This document shows, piece by piece, positions 48,401 to 60,152 of a stretch of DNA of 64,000 nucleotides. Below the pieces are notes generated by a model, which saw nothing but the letters and a program-made list of their open reading frames with translations, was not told the origin of the DNA and made no database searches. Position 1 is the stretch's first letter; each line of letters starts with the position of its first letter. This stretch comes from Anthoceros angustus (taxonomy: Eukaryota; Plantae; Anthocerotophyta). The stretch is from assembly GCA_010909165.1 (NCBI GenBank), contig MU008174.1, positions 1,054,001 to 1,118,000 on the forward strand, given 5' to 3'. The position numbers and the translations under genes were made by a program.

Positions 48401-51400
48401 TACAAGCTAAGTTATCTAAGGCTTATTGGGCAGAGGCCCTCCTCACAGCAACCTATCTCATGAATCGATTGCCTACATTAGCAGTTCAAGGTATGACTCC
48501 ATATGAAGCATTCATTGGCAAGAAGCCTTCTATTGACCACCTTCAATTTTTGGATCCCGCATATGTTTTTATTCCCAAAGCATTGCGTAAGAAGTTGGAT
48601 CCCAAAGCGCTAAGTACACTTTCATTGGCTACAGAAGGTATCAAAGGTACAAATTGTTCAACCCTTCTACAAGGCAACTTTTATACGCGAGTGTTACTTT
48701 TCATGAGTCTTACCTCTTTTCCCCAGGGGAGCTGATAGGCTTGGTCCTCCTCTTGATGAGACCATTGACCCTTCTTATTTTGATGATACGATTATTTCAC
48801 TCCATTTCCCATTCCCGCTTCGTGTTCCTTTAGTTGAACCTATTATGCGGAGGAGGAGGAGTTAGCATCTATTCCACAACTGGTACAACTCAACGACCTC
48901 GATGTTGACATCCCAGCAGAGGCGCTGACACTCATGATGATGAGTTTGATGACCCTCGGAGGATGACATTGTGGAGCCAGCAGATCCGCCGTTGATCCCG
49001 CCTGTGGATGATGCACTGCACAAAGGTACAACCTTAGATCCCGACCTACTATCTCAGTCCTGCAGTTGGAAGGAACCTCCTTTAGGATACCTAGCTGTTT
49101 TGATGATCCTATACCCCTATATCACTTTATTCTCAAGCTGTCTACAAGGCAACTATAGACCCGGAAGAACCTCTTACCTTAAAACAAGCTTTCTCTTCTC
49201 CGAAAAAGACTTATGGAAGGTAGTCAGATTAATATAATTCCCTAGTTAATAACTCTACATGGGAATTGGTCAAACCACCTAGGGGTAGGAAGATAGTAAC
49301 CAGCAAATGGGTATTCAAAATTAAAAGAAAAGGAGATGGTTCTATAGAAAGGTATAAGGCACGCCTAGTAGCGAGGTTTTACACAAATTCTGGTCTAGAT
49401 TACATACCTTGGGCCACTTATGCCCCAAGAGCCAAATTTGCCACACTTGAATGATATTTGCCTTATGTGCCCAACATGATCTTGAACTCCACATGATGGA
49501 TGTTAAGACAAGATATTTGTATGGGCGCAAGAGGAAATATACATGAGACAACCCGAGGGTTACTGTCAAAGGCAAAGAAGATTGGGTATGCCGACTCATC
49601 AAAGGTTTGTATGGCCTTAAGCAGCAAGAATTGGAATTAACCATACATGTACAACTTATTGGGAGAGGATTTAAGCAAAGCCGGTGATGCTTGTATGTAC
49701 ATCCTAATATCCGCAATGATATATTTTATCTTCTACTTTATGTTGATGATGTTTTATGGCAACAAACTCCCTCACTCTCCTAGCGAAACTAAAGCATGGC
49801 TTAGGACTCTATTTGAGATGTCCGATCTAGGAGAAATGACATATGCACTTGGTGTTAATATTATACGAAATAGAGGTAATAAGACTCTAAGTATAGTTCA
49901 AACCAAGTATATTAAGGAGAGTTTAGCTAAATTTGGACTTGAGGATGCAAAGCTGCACCCACACCTTTTGCAAGTGGTGTTAGGCTTACCTCGGATATGA
50001 GTCCCAAAACAAAATGAAGAAAAGCTAGAAATGTCGCTTCCATACCGACATCTTGTTGGCACTCTAATATATTTATGCAATTTTACGAGACCGGATATAT
50101 CTTTTGAAGTCGGCCTCGCTCACAATTCTTGGAGAACCACGGACGTGAGCCTTTGGATGTCTGTTAAGCGTATATTCGATACCTTAAAGGCACTATGTAC
50201 AGATCGATGTTCAAGAATACACCAGCTATCAACACATTAACTTTAACGGCATATGCTGATGCCAACTATGCTGGTGACCCCGACACACGAAAATCTGTAT
50301 CGGGGTATGTATTGCTCTTGGGAGGAGCACCAATATCCGGTCAAGTAAGAAACAACCTACTATAGCTTTGTCAAGTACTGAATCTGAGTACAGGGTACTA
50401 ACCTCAGTTTCTAAAGACATAGTGTGGTCCAGGTTAGTTTTGAGTGAACTTCACCATCCTCAACTTAAGCCTACATCTTTGTTTAGTGATAGCCGGTGCC
50501 ATTGCACTTGCACGAAATCTGTTTTCATTCTAGAACTAAACATATAGCTGTTGAGTATCACTACATAAGGGAAAAGTTAGAAGATCAAACCATAAATATT
50601 AGTTATGTTCAAACTTTAGACAATGCCGATTTATTAACAAAGTCATTGGGAATTGAGTTACATAGGAAACACATGAAATGTTTGGGTATAATGGACACAC
50701 TGTCCAAACCTTTAACCTAATACTCACCCTAGCAGCCTTAGGGCCGATTTAAGATAACCTTAAAATCTTAGCCCAAAAATTATTGTCTTACTATTTTCTG
50801 AACATTTTCTTCTTCTATCTCAAAATAGCTTAGGTCATCCTGCCTTCCTCTTCATAGACGGCCAACATAGAACCTGGAATATTTATATTAAAAATAAAAA
50901 TAATATTTAAGCAGTATTTATGTGATTAAAACAATAAATTCCCTTAGCACCAAAGGCACCTACGGAAAATATGTTTGATATGTCCTGAAATTCCTCACAT
51001 GGGAGACTTGCTATTTTTATCATGTGGATGGTAGTTTCCTCACATATATAGGAGTCCGGACATCTCCTTTTCACTTAAACCTAAGGTGAGTATGTATACT
51101 TTATTTTCCGGTCACCTTTTGGTAGAATTCGCTTATAATAGCCCATGTTTTTGTCTTTAATACACTTAGGAAACAAAATGTGTTTACCGCATCAATCAGA
51201 AAATTTATGCTAGGTTATTATGATCCTAAAACTCATATAGAAATTAGGATGCTTAAAATCGGATAACCCTTATTTAATATATTGCACCTTTCTTTTCCAG
51301 CCCTTCCTTGTCATATCCTCCCCATGCCGTCTCCACCCATCTCGCAAGCGCCCACACAAGTGTCACCTCTTATCCATCAAGTTAGCATCCTTGTAATCCA

Positions 51401-52581
51401 CTTGTGTCATAGCTTCTTCTTAGAAGCATAAGATGGGCAGCAATCTTTCCTACAAACACTTTTGGCAGGTGGGCTTTTTGCGGAGCATCATTCATTGAGG
51501 GGAGGCACGTCCTCATCACCTAGGCTGCGCTTCCTCCCCTTTGGTGAGCACATCCGAATTGCTTCACAAATGAAGACATGGCGGAAATGAAGACATGGCG
51601 AAAATGAAGACGCAATCTTACACTTGGACTTCAGCTTTCCTCTTCGCTGGAGCGCCCCAGGGATCCTTAGGCATCTCTCGTTCTCTTCATCCTCCGAGGA
51701 TGAGGTCGATCAATGACAAATGCGGAGATTTCTTTGAAAGGGCAGGAAGGACGAGGTCCGTGGAGGCGAGACTCTTCATCACCAGCAGGACACGATGGAT
51801 GCATCGGGTAGTAGCGCGTCCTTTTGTTTGGGCCAGGCGCCTGCGTGAGCGCCCTTGCTCGCAAGGACGACAGATTACTGGAAGGCGCCGCCCACGGCGG
51901 CGCGGAGGGGGCTGTGAGACGGGCGCGATGGCGCCGGCGCCTCCTCCGTGGGCGGATCAGCTTGTAGCCACCCTCCGCCATCGCCATCACCGCATGTACC
52001 AACCACCAAGTTGTCGGGATCGCGTTCGTGAAGTTTGAGGAAGAAGGGTATTATCCATTATCCTTTTGATTTTCCTTTTCGGAAATTAGGGTATTTTCTG
52101 GATTTTCCTCTATATATAAATCCGCTTAAATACTTTTAATTAGTTTTAATTCCACCTATTTCTGAAGTTGGGTTATTAGTTTCTCATCTCGTTCTCCTTA
52201 AGTGGGAGTTATTTTAATAGTGATTATTACTTTCAGTTTTACCTTAAGTTTTACTTTATGCCTTTAAGTAAAGTTTAGTTAGGGACTAGTTTTACTAGAC
52301 TAGTTTTCCTAGACCTCTTTTGGTCGAAAATCACCCCTAGTTCATAGTGAGTGGGAGTGATAAAATAGCTTACTATTAGGGCACTCTTCACTAGGGCACC
52401 TAGGACTTAATAATTAATTTAGTCCTTAGGGCTCTAGGTAGTTTCTTTTAGTAGTTATTTAATTGGTTAGTTGTTACAACCACTTATTGGTTACAACTAC
52501 CTTGCCTACATAAAGGCATGTACTTTCTATTATGAATGTAATGCAACACATATTGCTAGAGCTTGTGTATGATTCTCATCA
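45412..52581 (+). mobile_element. Full-length Ty1/copia LTR retrotransposon, 224-bp LTRs, TSD AGAGC
   Basis: LTRs 45412-45635 and 52358-52581 (TGATAA...CATCA) with no difference seen. PBS TGGTATCGAGC (iMet-like) at 45636 and PPT at 52346-52357. gag/UBN2, WYLDGGATSHIC protease, LWHCRLGH, integrase (LRSDNGGEF, PQQNGVAE), RT and RNase H (RTKHIAVEYHYIRE). AGAGC at 45407-45411 and 52582-52586. Confidence 0.95.
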
Positions 52582-52899
52582 AGAGCCGGGTGTCTGAGCG
52601 CGAGAGAATGCGAAAATCGCCGCGAAGTTCTTGGAAGAATGACCTCCGCCTCGCTTCTCTCCGTTGGAAGTAACCATCGCGCGGAAGGGCGGCTCGGAAT
52701 CGCTGGGGCCTGCATAGCTTTCGCCTTACGCCCGCTTACTGCCCATACGCTGCATCGAGCGTGAATACCTGCCTATAACGGCCACTGGCAACCCTACGGT
52801 CCTGGTCTGCTGCATGCCCGTCTACCACTCAGTACCATCCACGTGGCGCCGCCCTGTCTAACTCACGCTCCAACTTCTAAGTTACTTTACTTGGCGTAC

Positions 52900-53160
52900 T
52901 TATCCCGTTTTGACCCGGAGTGGGGTCCGGACTTATCCCGATACTCCGGTGCGTGGTCCGGAGGTCCTCCGGAGTGGGCTCCAGGGTCCGTTACCTACCC
53001 CGGAGTCCGGAGTGCAGTCCGGAGTACAGTCCGGAGTACCGTCTCTTGCTCGTCCCAAGCAGCGACCTAGCGTCGGACGGGCCGGAACGCGTGAGCCAGA
53101 GAAACTCCGGAGGGCGTGTAGAGACCGGACGGAGAGGCCCGGCGGAGTGACGGAGGAGGT
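52900..53160. repeat. TCCGGAGT-rich short tandem repeats of the host element
   Basis: GTCCGGAGTGCAGTCCGGAGTACAGTCCGGAGTAC and related units. Confidence 0.75.
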
Positions 53161-54069
53161 CCGGACCGCACGGCCACCCGCGTTTTTCTCCAAGGACGAT
53201 GAGTGTAGTGGGAATGGTGAGAGGAACGGACTAGAGGAATGAGTGACAAACTTGAATGATACGGACGCGAATGGGTCCTTAAACGTTTGGCCACGCCGGG
53301 CCTATCCGGTGAACGATACGGGTAGTTAGTCGTAACACGGCGAACGTGTGTGTTGAGTCTGAAACGGGTGAGAAACGATTGAAACGTGGCAATCGGAGCC
53401 TATCATTCTCTTGGGAACGGACCTCCTTACTACAACGACACGGGATTGTGCGTGCCCGGCTGAGCGTCAGCGAAAGTCGCGCCACAATACCCTTAGCTAA
53501 AGCTAAAAATGTTATCCTCGGATAAAATATCCTCTTCGGTATGGATTTCCTGATGACGTTGCAACCTCGGCAAGGGCGGTTGCCATGAAACCTAATGCAC
53601 CAGAAGGCTAAGCGTATGAGGTACTAAGTAGTGCTCACAGATTCCAAGGCTTGAAACAATTTACAGATTGCATGACGACTGCAAGAAGGCATGCCTACCT
53701 TCCTAGCTATTAGTCTCGCGCTCCTTCACTGATCACAAGTACCTTGGTAGTCCAGCTGTGAAAAACAAAAAAAAAAAAAGCTCAACAATATTCCACCAAC
53801 AATTGTTGGGGATATTATTTGCCTCAGCAGTGATAAAATACTTACCTATTGAGGGCATTAAAGAAGAGTGCATTATTCTTTAGGACACCTATAAATCCCT
53901 AAGATTAATGACTAATTAATTCTTAGGGCTAGAAGTAATTTCTTAAAATTTCATCCATGATACTTAGAACACATAGGATAGATTGTGTTTTGTGTGCCTT
54001 TTATATTCTTTACAAGGCTCACACCCTAACCATACACCCTAACTATACCATGTGGATCCCAGTCCATTG

Positions 54070-54380
54070 TGTGTGGCCGTGGATGCATCTCTACTTCCTC
54101 CCAATTAGCATCAGGAGCGGGCACCGTGGCCACGGCTCTCCTCCTAGACTCTCATATAGACTTCCTTGAAGATACCCCTGCCATGGGACCTGCACAACAC
54201 CTTGCAAAAGCCTTTCGAGGACGAGAGCAAGCAACCGCGAAATCCCGTCTTTTCGAGATGTGGATAAGTTTGGATATTCCGTGGGTCAATAGAGCAGTTT
54301 GCAAGATCGCTATAAAAAAGATAGAGCGCAACTGCGCGGCGAACAAAAGGTTGAACTTCATAATAAGCTACCTTTGGTGA
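54070..54380 (+). mobile_element. Possible C-terminal (REL endonuclease-side) fragment of a CRE-like non-LTR retrotransposon
   Basis: PAMGPAQHLAKAFRGREQATAKSRLFEMWISL resembles the GPEA...L.ER.S.AIQ tail of CRE/R2-type ORFs; weak match. Confidence 0.35.
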
Positions 54381-55384
54381 AGTCACAGTGGGGCTTTCTT
54401 GATCGGTGTTGGTGAGGAGCGGCAGTGCAGAGAGGAGCTAATAGGCGGTCACACAGCGGCAGGCCGTGGCATGGCGGTTTAGGGCCCACCATAGGAACAT
54501 GTCGGGTGGGGGCCCACCAGTTGTGGGCCTTGAGGCGGCTTAGGTTCCGACGGCGTCGATGGCTTAGGCCGGGCTTAGGGCAGCGGCGGCAGGCAGAGCC
54601 GGTGTCTTAGGGCAGCGGCGGCGTTGGCCCGGAGTGAGCCGAGGTCATGCAGCGAAGTTGGGCTGTGCGGCGGCACTGGCCGGCGTCCATGAGTCACCCC
54701 ACAGGACGGTGGGGGCCCACCATAGGAACATGTCGGGTGGGGCCTTTCACAAGGACAGGTGAAGAGGCGGCCCACCACAGGGACAGGAACCGATAGGGCC
54801 CACCAGTTGTGGGCCTTCTTCTTCAACCTCTTCCCGGGATACCCCATGTCCTGTCTATGGAAAATTTTTCAGAGCTCGGGGGGTTAGGAACAATCACTAC
54901 TACATTTGAGGATCCAAAACAACGTGTAAAAACAACGCATGTTTGTAAAAAACAACGGAAAAGTTGAAAAAACAACGGCCACCCGAACCTAGCTGAAAAT
55001 AACGAAACGCCGTTGTTTTCGTTTTGCGTTATTTAGGAATTGTGTTTTTCCTAACTCATCTTTAACCCATACCCCTAACCTCGTTCCGTTATTTCTTTCC
55101 GTTCACCGTTACGTTGGTCGTCCCGTCCGCCCCGTTCATCATTATCGCCCAACGTTCCGTCCGCCGTTCCGTCCCGTTCTGCCGCCCGCTGCTCGCCCGC
55201 CGTTCCTGCGTTCGTCCGTCATTCTCGTCGCCGTTCCGTCGTCATTCTCGCCGTTCGTTCCGTTCCGTCCGCCGTTCGTATTTACGTTTCCATTCCCGTT
55301 CTATTATTCCCCATTTGGATAATAAAACAATAATTACTCAATAAAATACTTTACTAAAAATGGGATCATAACGGGGATGCTCCG

Positions 55385-55630
55385 GTCAATTCCACCGGTT
55401 TATGCAGCCAAGTCATCAAGGACTCCGCCATATCCAAAGTGATCAAACCGCTCCTCAATAGTATGAACATATCGGCAGGCGGTGATAGTATAATAATCTC
55501 GCCTCAACACCTCGGGCCAAATCATCAAGGACTCCGCCATATCCAAAGTGATCAAACCGCCTCAATAGTGTGAACATATCCACAGGCGAGAAGTGATAGT
55601 ATAATAATCTCGCCTCAACACCTCGGACCA
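55385..55630. repeat. ~118-bp tandem duplication inside the CACTA element
   Basis: ATCAAGGACTCCGCCATATCCAAAGTGATCAAACCGC at ~55415 and ~55524, and TAGTATAATAATCTCGCCTCAACACCTCGG twice. Confidence 0.85.
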
Positions 55631-57379
55631 AATAAAAGAAACAATCGAACTCGACTTTCTTGTCGAATGTTGCCACTTAAAGGTCACTCAATTCGAAATT
55701 CCATGGAGGTATGTAGGGACTTGGTGCTTCTTACCACAGTTTAGACACGAAGTCGGTCGGACCAATCGTGCAAGCCGACCTCCTCCTACCATGAACTCAG
55801 ATTTAAGGAGCCTTCAAGATATCCCTTAGCACTTGGGCTGATCAAGAAACAAGAAATGTACCTCAAGTATGCATTTTCCAACAAGAAATGTACCTCAAGA
55901 ATGCATTTTCCAGAAATAATCCACAATATAAAACCACCAGTGTCACAATGATAGTCTAGCTGGTTCTTTCCAAGAATGTGTCTTTACAGAAGGAGTAAGA
56001 GACACGACCACACGTGGCTGCATCCAGCCTTGCACTTCAGTGCGAGATGCTTACTTGGGCCTATCAACGACAAAATCGATGAACCCCGAAACCGCAAAGA
56101 TATGGACAAAATAAGACATAACGCAAGATCTTGATCGCACTTAATACCTGTGAACAAAATATTCAGAACTGGTGCATTGACAGACACATCCAAGACAGTG
56201 GCAAAACAGACACCCATAGCTCTTTCCTCTCCATCCAAAGAAAGAAAGCCTATACTCTCCTTGAGGAACCTGCTACAGGACAGGAGAAAAGACATAAGAA
56301 GCATGAACATACATGATTACATACTAGACCATGGAGGGCCACCTACCTCGAAACAAAACAATCCCTTGTCATCAACCTTCTTTGTTTGACTCAAGGCTTC
56401 AACACAGTCCATGGGTGAGTTGGATGTAATGTTGGCGGGACCCAAAAGATCAACAGTTAGAATGCCAAATCACGATTTCCACACGAGACGGCAATGAACA
56501 TCCGCACCATCCACCTTCTTGACTTATCACTACAAACACCAACCTTGCTTTCAACACCGGGAGAATACTTTCAACAACTCCACAAACATTGTAGTGCGTA
56601 GCAATTATATATGATATAGAAGCCATGTTTGGTAGCACTTTGTTTGGCATCTTGGGAGTTAGCAAGAAGCCACGACATATTTGCAAAACAAAAGCACATG
56701 ACCTACAGGAGGAGGCAAATAGATAAGCCTCACCAGAAAGTTCTGCAAGGGGCCGAATCAGAGTGAGTTTTCTCCCCATATTGTGTAGTGGGTAGAGGTG
56801 ACCTGATGAGAACATTGACCAACACTCTTTGCTAAAGTTCTAGAATGTAATAAATGGCATTCTAACATCCAGCAGGAGGTGCATGCAAGCGCTACAAGAA
56901 ACACAAACAGCTGCATGCATGGTCAAGCTTGTAGTATCCTTGTGAGACCGAGGTTGCTCGAAAAACATCAGAATATAAATCTTCGATCTCCAACACTGTA
57001 CCATCACCCCCGACAACACGCCCAAAAGAATCGAGAATCCAGTCACCGCAAGTTCACAGGGAGAACTATAAGTCACCGTTAGGAGGAAGAATCCCGCAGA
57101 TGAAATTTAGGCCACACAATGGACAGGAAAAGTCTAGCTTCACAAGCACTGGAAGGGGTTGGGCGAGTGAGACTCATGATGAATGGCAACGTCAACAACA
57201 CTGGGTGACACATCAAATATGGAGTGAAGGGAAGGCCCACAGGACAGAGACTCACCCTCCGTAAAGTATCACAAGATGTAAATTTCCGATCTCCTTGGAT
57301 AACATACTCCACGCCATACAATATCTAGTCCCTTCTTCGATGATGCGAGCAAAATAGGTGAGGTGCAAAATAGCCCTCT

Positions 57380-58250
57380 CTACATCCTCCACATGCCAGC
57401 ATCTGTACACATTTCCAAGTAGCACATATGCTGCTGCATTTTAGGTTCAAGTTTTATAAGTTGCTCAAAGCATCGACCCTCACGCTCAGGATCTCCATGG
57501 CTTTTGCACGCATTCAGCAAGGCTTTCCACCTTACAACATCATTCTCAAAGGGCATGGAGTACAACAACTTCCCTGCCTCATCCAGACGCCCGGCTCGCC
57601 CAAGGATGTTATCCATGCAAGCGCAGTGATAAACCCCAGATGAGATCCCGCCATGCTCCTGCACCATGCGTTCAAAATACTGCTGACCCTCATCCACCAG
57701 TCCAGCGTGTCTGCATGCCACAGGAAGCGTGCATAAAGAGTCCAAGCTTCTTCACCAAGCCCTGGCTGAACAAAGCCTATGATCATGGTATTCCACGTCA
57801 CCAAACTAGTTTCTGGCAGGCAGTCTGTCCAACACCTGCAACAATCCTCTAAGCTACCACATTCTGCATACATGCTCACCATACTGGTACCATCAATCAA
57901 ATCAGCTTCTAGACCTATTGCTTAGTGCTGAAGATGGAGCTCCCTCCCCTCCTGTAGGTCACCCAAGCCAGCACATGCATGATTGAAGAGGCAAACAAAC
58001 GTAAAACTATCAGCAGGCATCCTCCAGGACAGCTCCTCAACGAAATGGCCTCCAGTTGCATACATCTGGAAAGCCCAAGAGCTTCCGAACCCTTGGTGTG
58101 CATGCTGCAATCAAGCCATACCCCACTGGGTCTGGCTCCAACAGCGGCTGAGACTTTATGAAGCTGTGAGGAAATCGGTGGTGCGTTTCGATGGGGTATT
58201 GGTGGCGTTCTCCAGGCCATCCTAGCTGTTCGAGTCCATTTTGCAGGGGC
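57380..58250 (-). pseudogene. PLS-E-class PPR gene fragment inside the CACTA element
   Basis: FTFVCLFN..CAGLGDLQEGRELH, SMVSMYAECGSLED, LVTWNTMIIGFVQPGLGEEA, ACRHAGLVDEGQQYFERM, ILGRAGRLDEA, VVRWKALLNACKSHG. Frameshifted, and no DYW domain seen. Confidence 0.88.
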
Positions 58251-60072
58251 AGCAGCTGGGCTCAGGTTCCAAGCTCTATCCGCATTGGCGTCCGCATACC
58301 CTCATGAATGGGGTTGCTGCGAGAAAAGAATATCAGACCATGATCATACAAAGGCAAGGCTATGTCAACACAACGAGATTGAGATTGATCATCACACTCA
58401 CCTGATGGATCCCGCATGGGAGAGTCATGAAGGAGCCTGGGTGCATGGGAGTTCTTGAAGGGTGCGTAGGTATTTCACCACCAAGTCCATATCTACAGGA
58501 TTCCTGCAAGGAAATGGCAGAGGGTTTATAAATACGCTTCTAACAAGCTTACTTGAGTCTGTCACAGAGCACAGACCTGAAGGAGCTCGAAGCCATCGGC
58601 GTGTCACCAATGTCTGAGAGTTGATCTCTCCGCACTGCCACACGATCAGATGCAGGCTCAGACACAACATCCTAGATAGACAGCACCTCAGAAGCCGGCA
58701 GTTCAGAGTTGTGAACAATTGTTTGGACAAACACACACGAGGACACAAGGCATAACTGTACCCTCCTCCATTTGAGACTCTAGGTCAAATCGAACAGTGG
58801 TGTTTGTACATCCTTTACACGGCCTCGGTAACCTTTGGACCGCCCCAATCTTATTTTGACTGTCCTCCCAAGTAGCCCCTCATCTCTTAGGGCGTGGCCC
58901 CATAACCTCCTCCAAACCCTGCAGTCAATTTTATCTCAGCAACGTTGGTCTACCTACGAAACCCAGGAACATCACGGTGCCTGCAGAAGGCCAGTCAAAC
59001 CTAACACTTTGAGGAAGGTACCGAGATGGAGGATTTAGGTTGCTGAAGCTTGATGTAACCGCTCTGCAAGATAGCCCAAGAACTTCCAAAGTTGCAGACA
59101 CGTTGAATTGCATGCACATATAATCCCAATGCCTATCAATTCCAACCACCGTCGTCAAACCAAAACTTCAATGTAAAGAATTAAGGTCCATACAGACTAC
59201 CAATACTGTTTGCCCGACAGCCTCCGCATGCTGAACACACATAACAAAGGGCTTACCACTGCTCATTCCCACTTCATACCACCAAGTGCAACACACACTT
59301 GTGATCGCACAAAAAAAGCCACCATTCTCCAAGTGGTGACGGTCATATATAAATAGGATGCTGCGGTTTACGTGCTCCACCGGCTCTTGTCTACCTTGTA
59401 CATCAGTTGCATCAGCTACACCAAGACTACCATTTCTGACTGATGTCTACCAGAATTGAACATTCACAGCTTGTACTAGACAGAAGAAGTACCTTGCAGA
59501 GACCATCACGCACTCATACAATGTCCTTCACACCGACAGTTGCTTGACGCCCAACAAAACAATACTCGCGCATCAGAGGATATTGGAGTTTTGGTAATTA
59601 CTGGAATGCATGAACAATATGATCTTACTCCAGTAGAACAAGGTCATGTAGCTCATCATCCCCAACTTGAAAGACCTGTTGTGACCTCTGAGCTTCCACT
59701 ACATCACCGTGAAAACTTGAAACTGTCACATTACACAAGCATCGCTGGCTCCAAGACCAAGTCCACATGCACGCACATAAAACCCAGTGGTCCACAGCAT
59801 CACTTACATCCTCCGCTGTGGTATCATTCAGAAAACCACTGGATGGTGGTTCACCTTACCACCTTTCCAAGAGATCCTAAACGAGCCCCTCCGATCACCT
59901 TTACATGATCTCCGCCTTGAAGAAGTAACGCACTTGTGACTCTCACCGCAATGGTTTCTGTCACATCAAAGGGTTAAGCAAGTAGAGTGATATCGTGTAG
60001 AGTGATATATCAGGATATATCGTGTTTCTACATATACCGATGTATATGTAGAAACACGCAGTAAAACATGAT

Positions 60073-60152
60073 GCATTGTTCTAGTGGTTTGTCTTTGAGT
60101 GTCGGATCGGGGAGACCCGGGTTCAAACCCAATAGCTTCCCTCCACCCTTTT
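60073..60152 (+). ncRNA. tRNA-derived Pol III-type element (SINE head or tRNA relic)
   Basis: A-box-like TTCTAGTGGTT (~60079), B-box GGGTTCAAACCC (60119-60130) and TTTT at ~60149. A complete cloverleaf is not evident. Confidence 0.5.

Larger units (their letters stand above)
36360..53500 (-). mobile_element. GC-rich host element with a long minus-strand ORF (N-terminal W-rich domain + coiled coil), interrupted by two copia insertions; no pol seen
   Basis: ORF pieces at 44800-45315, 44631-45026, 42076-42789 and 36905-37585. The frame rejoins across the copia TSD (GRRKD|TLELQLQD). CCGGA-rich repeats at both ends (36385-36720, 52900-53160). Family assignment uncertain. Confidence 0.5.

Noticed and set aside
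53760-53780. A-rich run as a LINE/SINE poly(A) tail
   Set aside because: No TSD or recognisable element body upstream.
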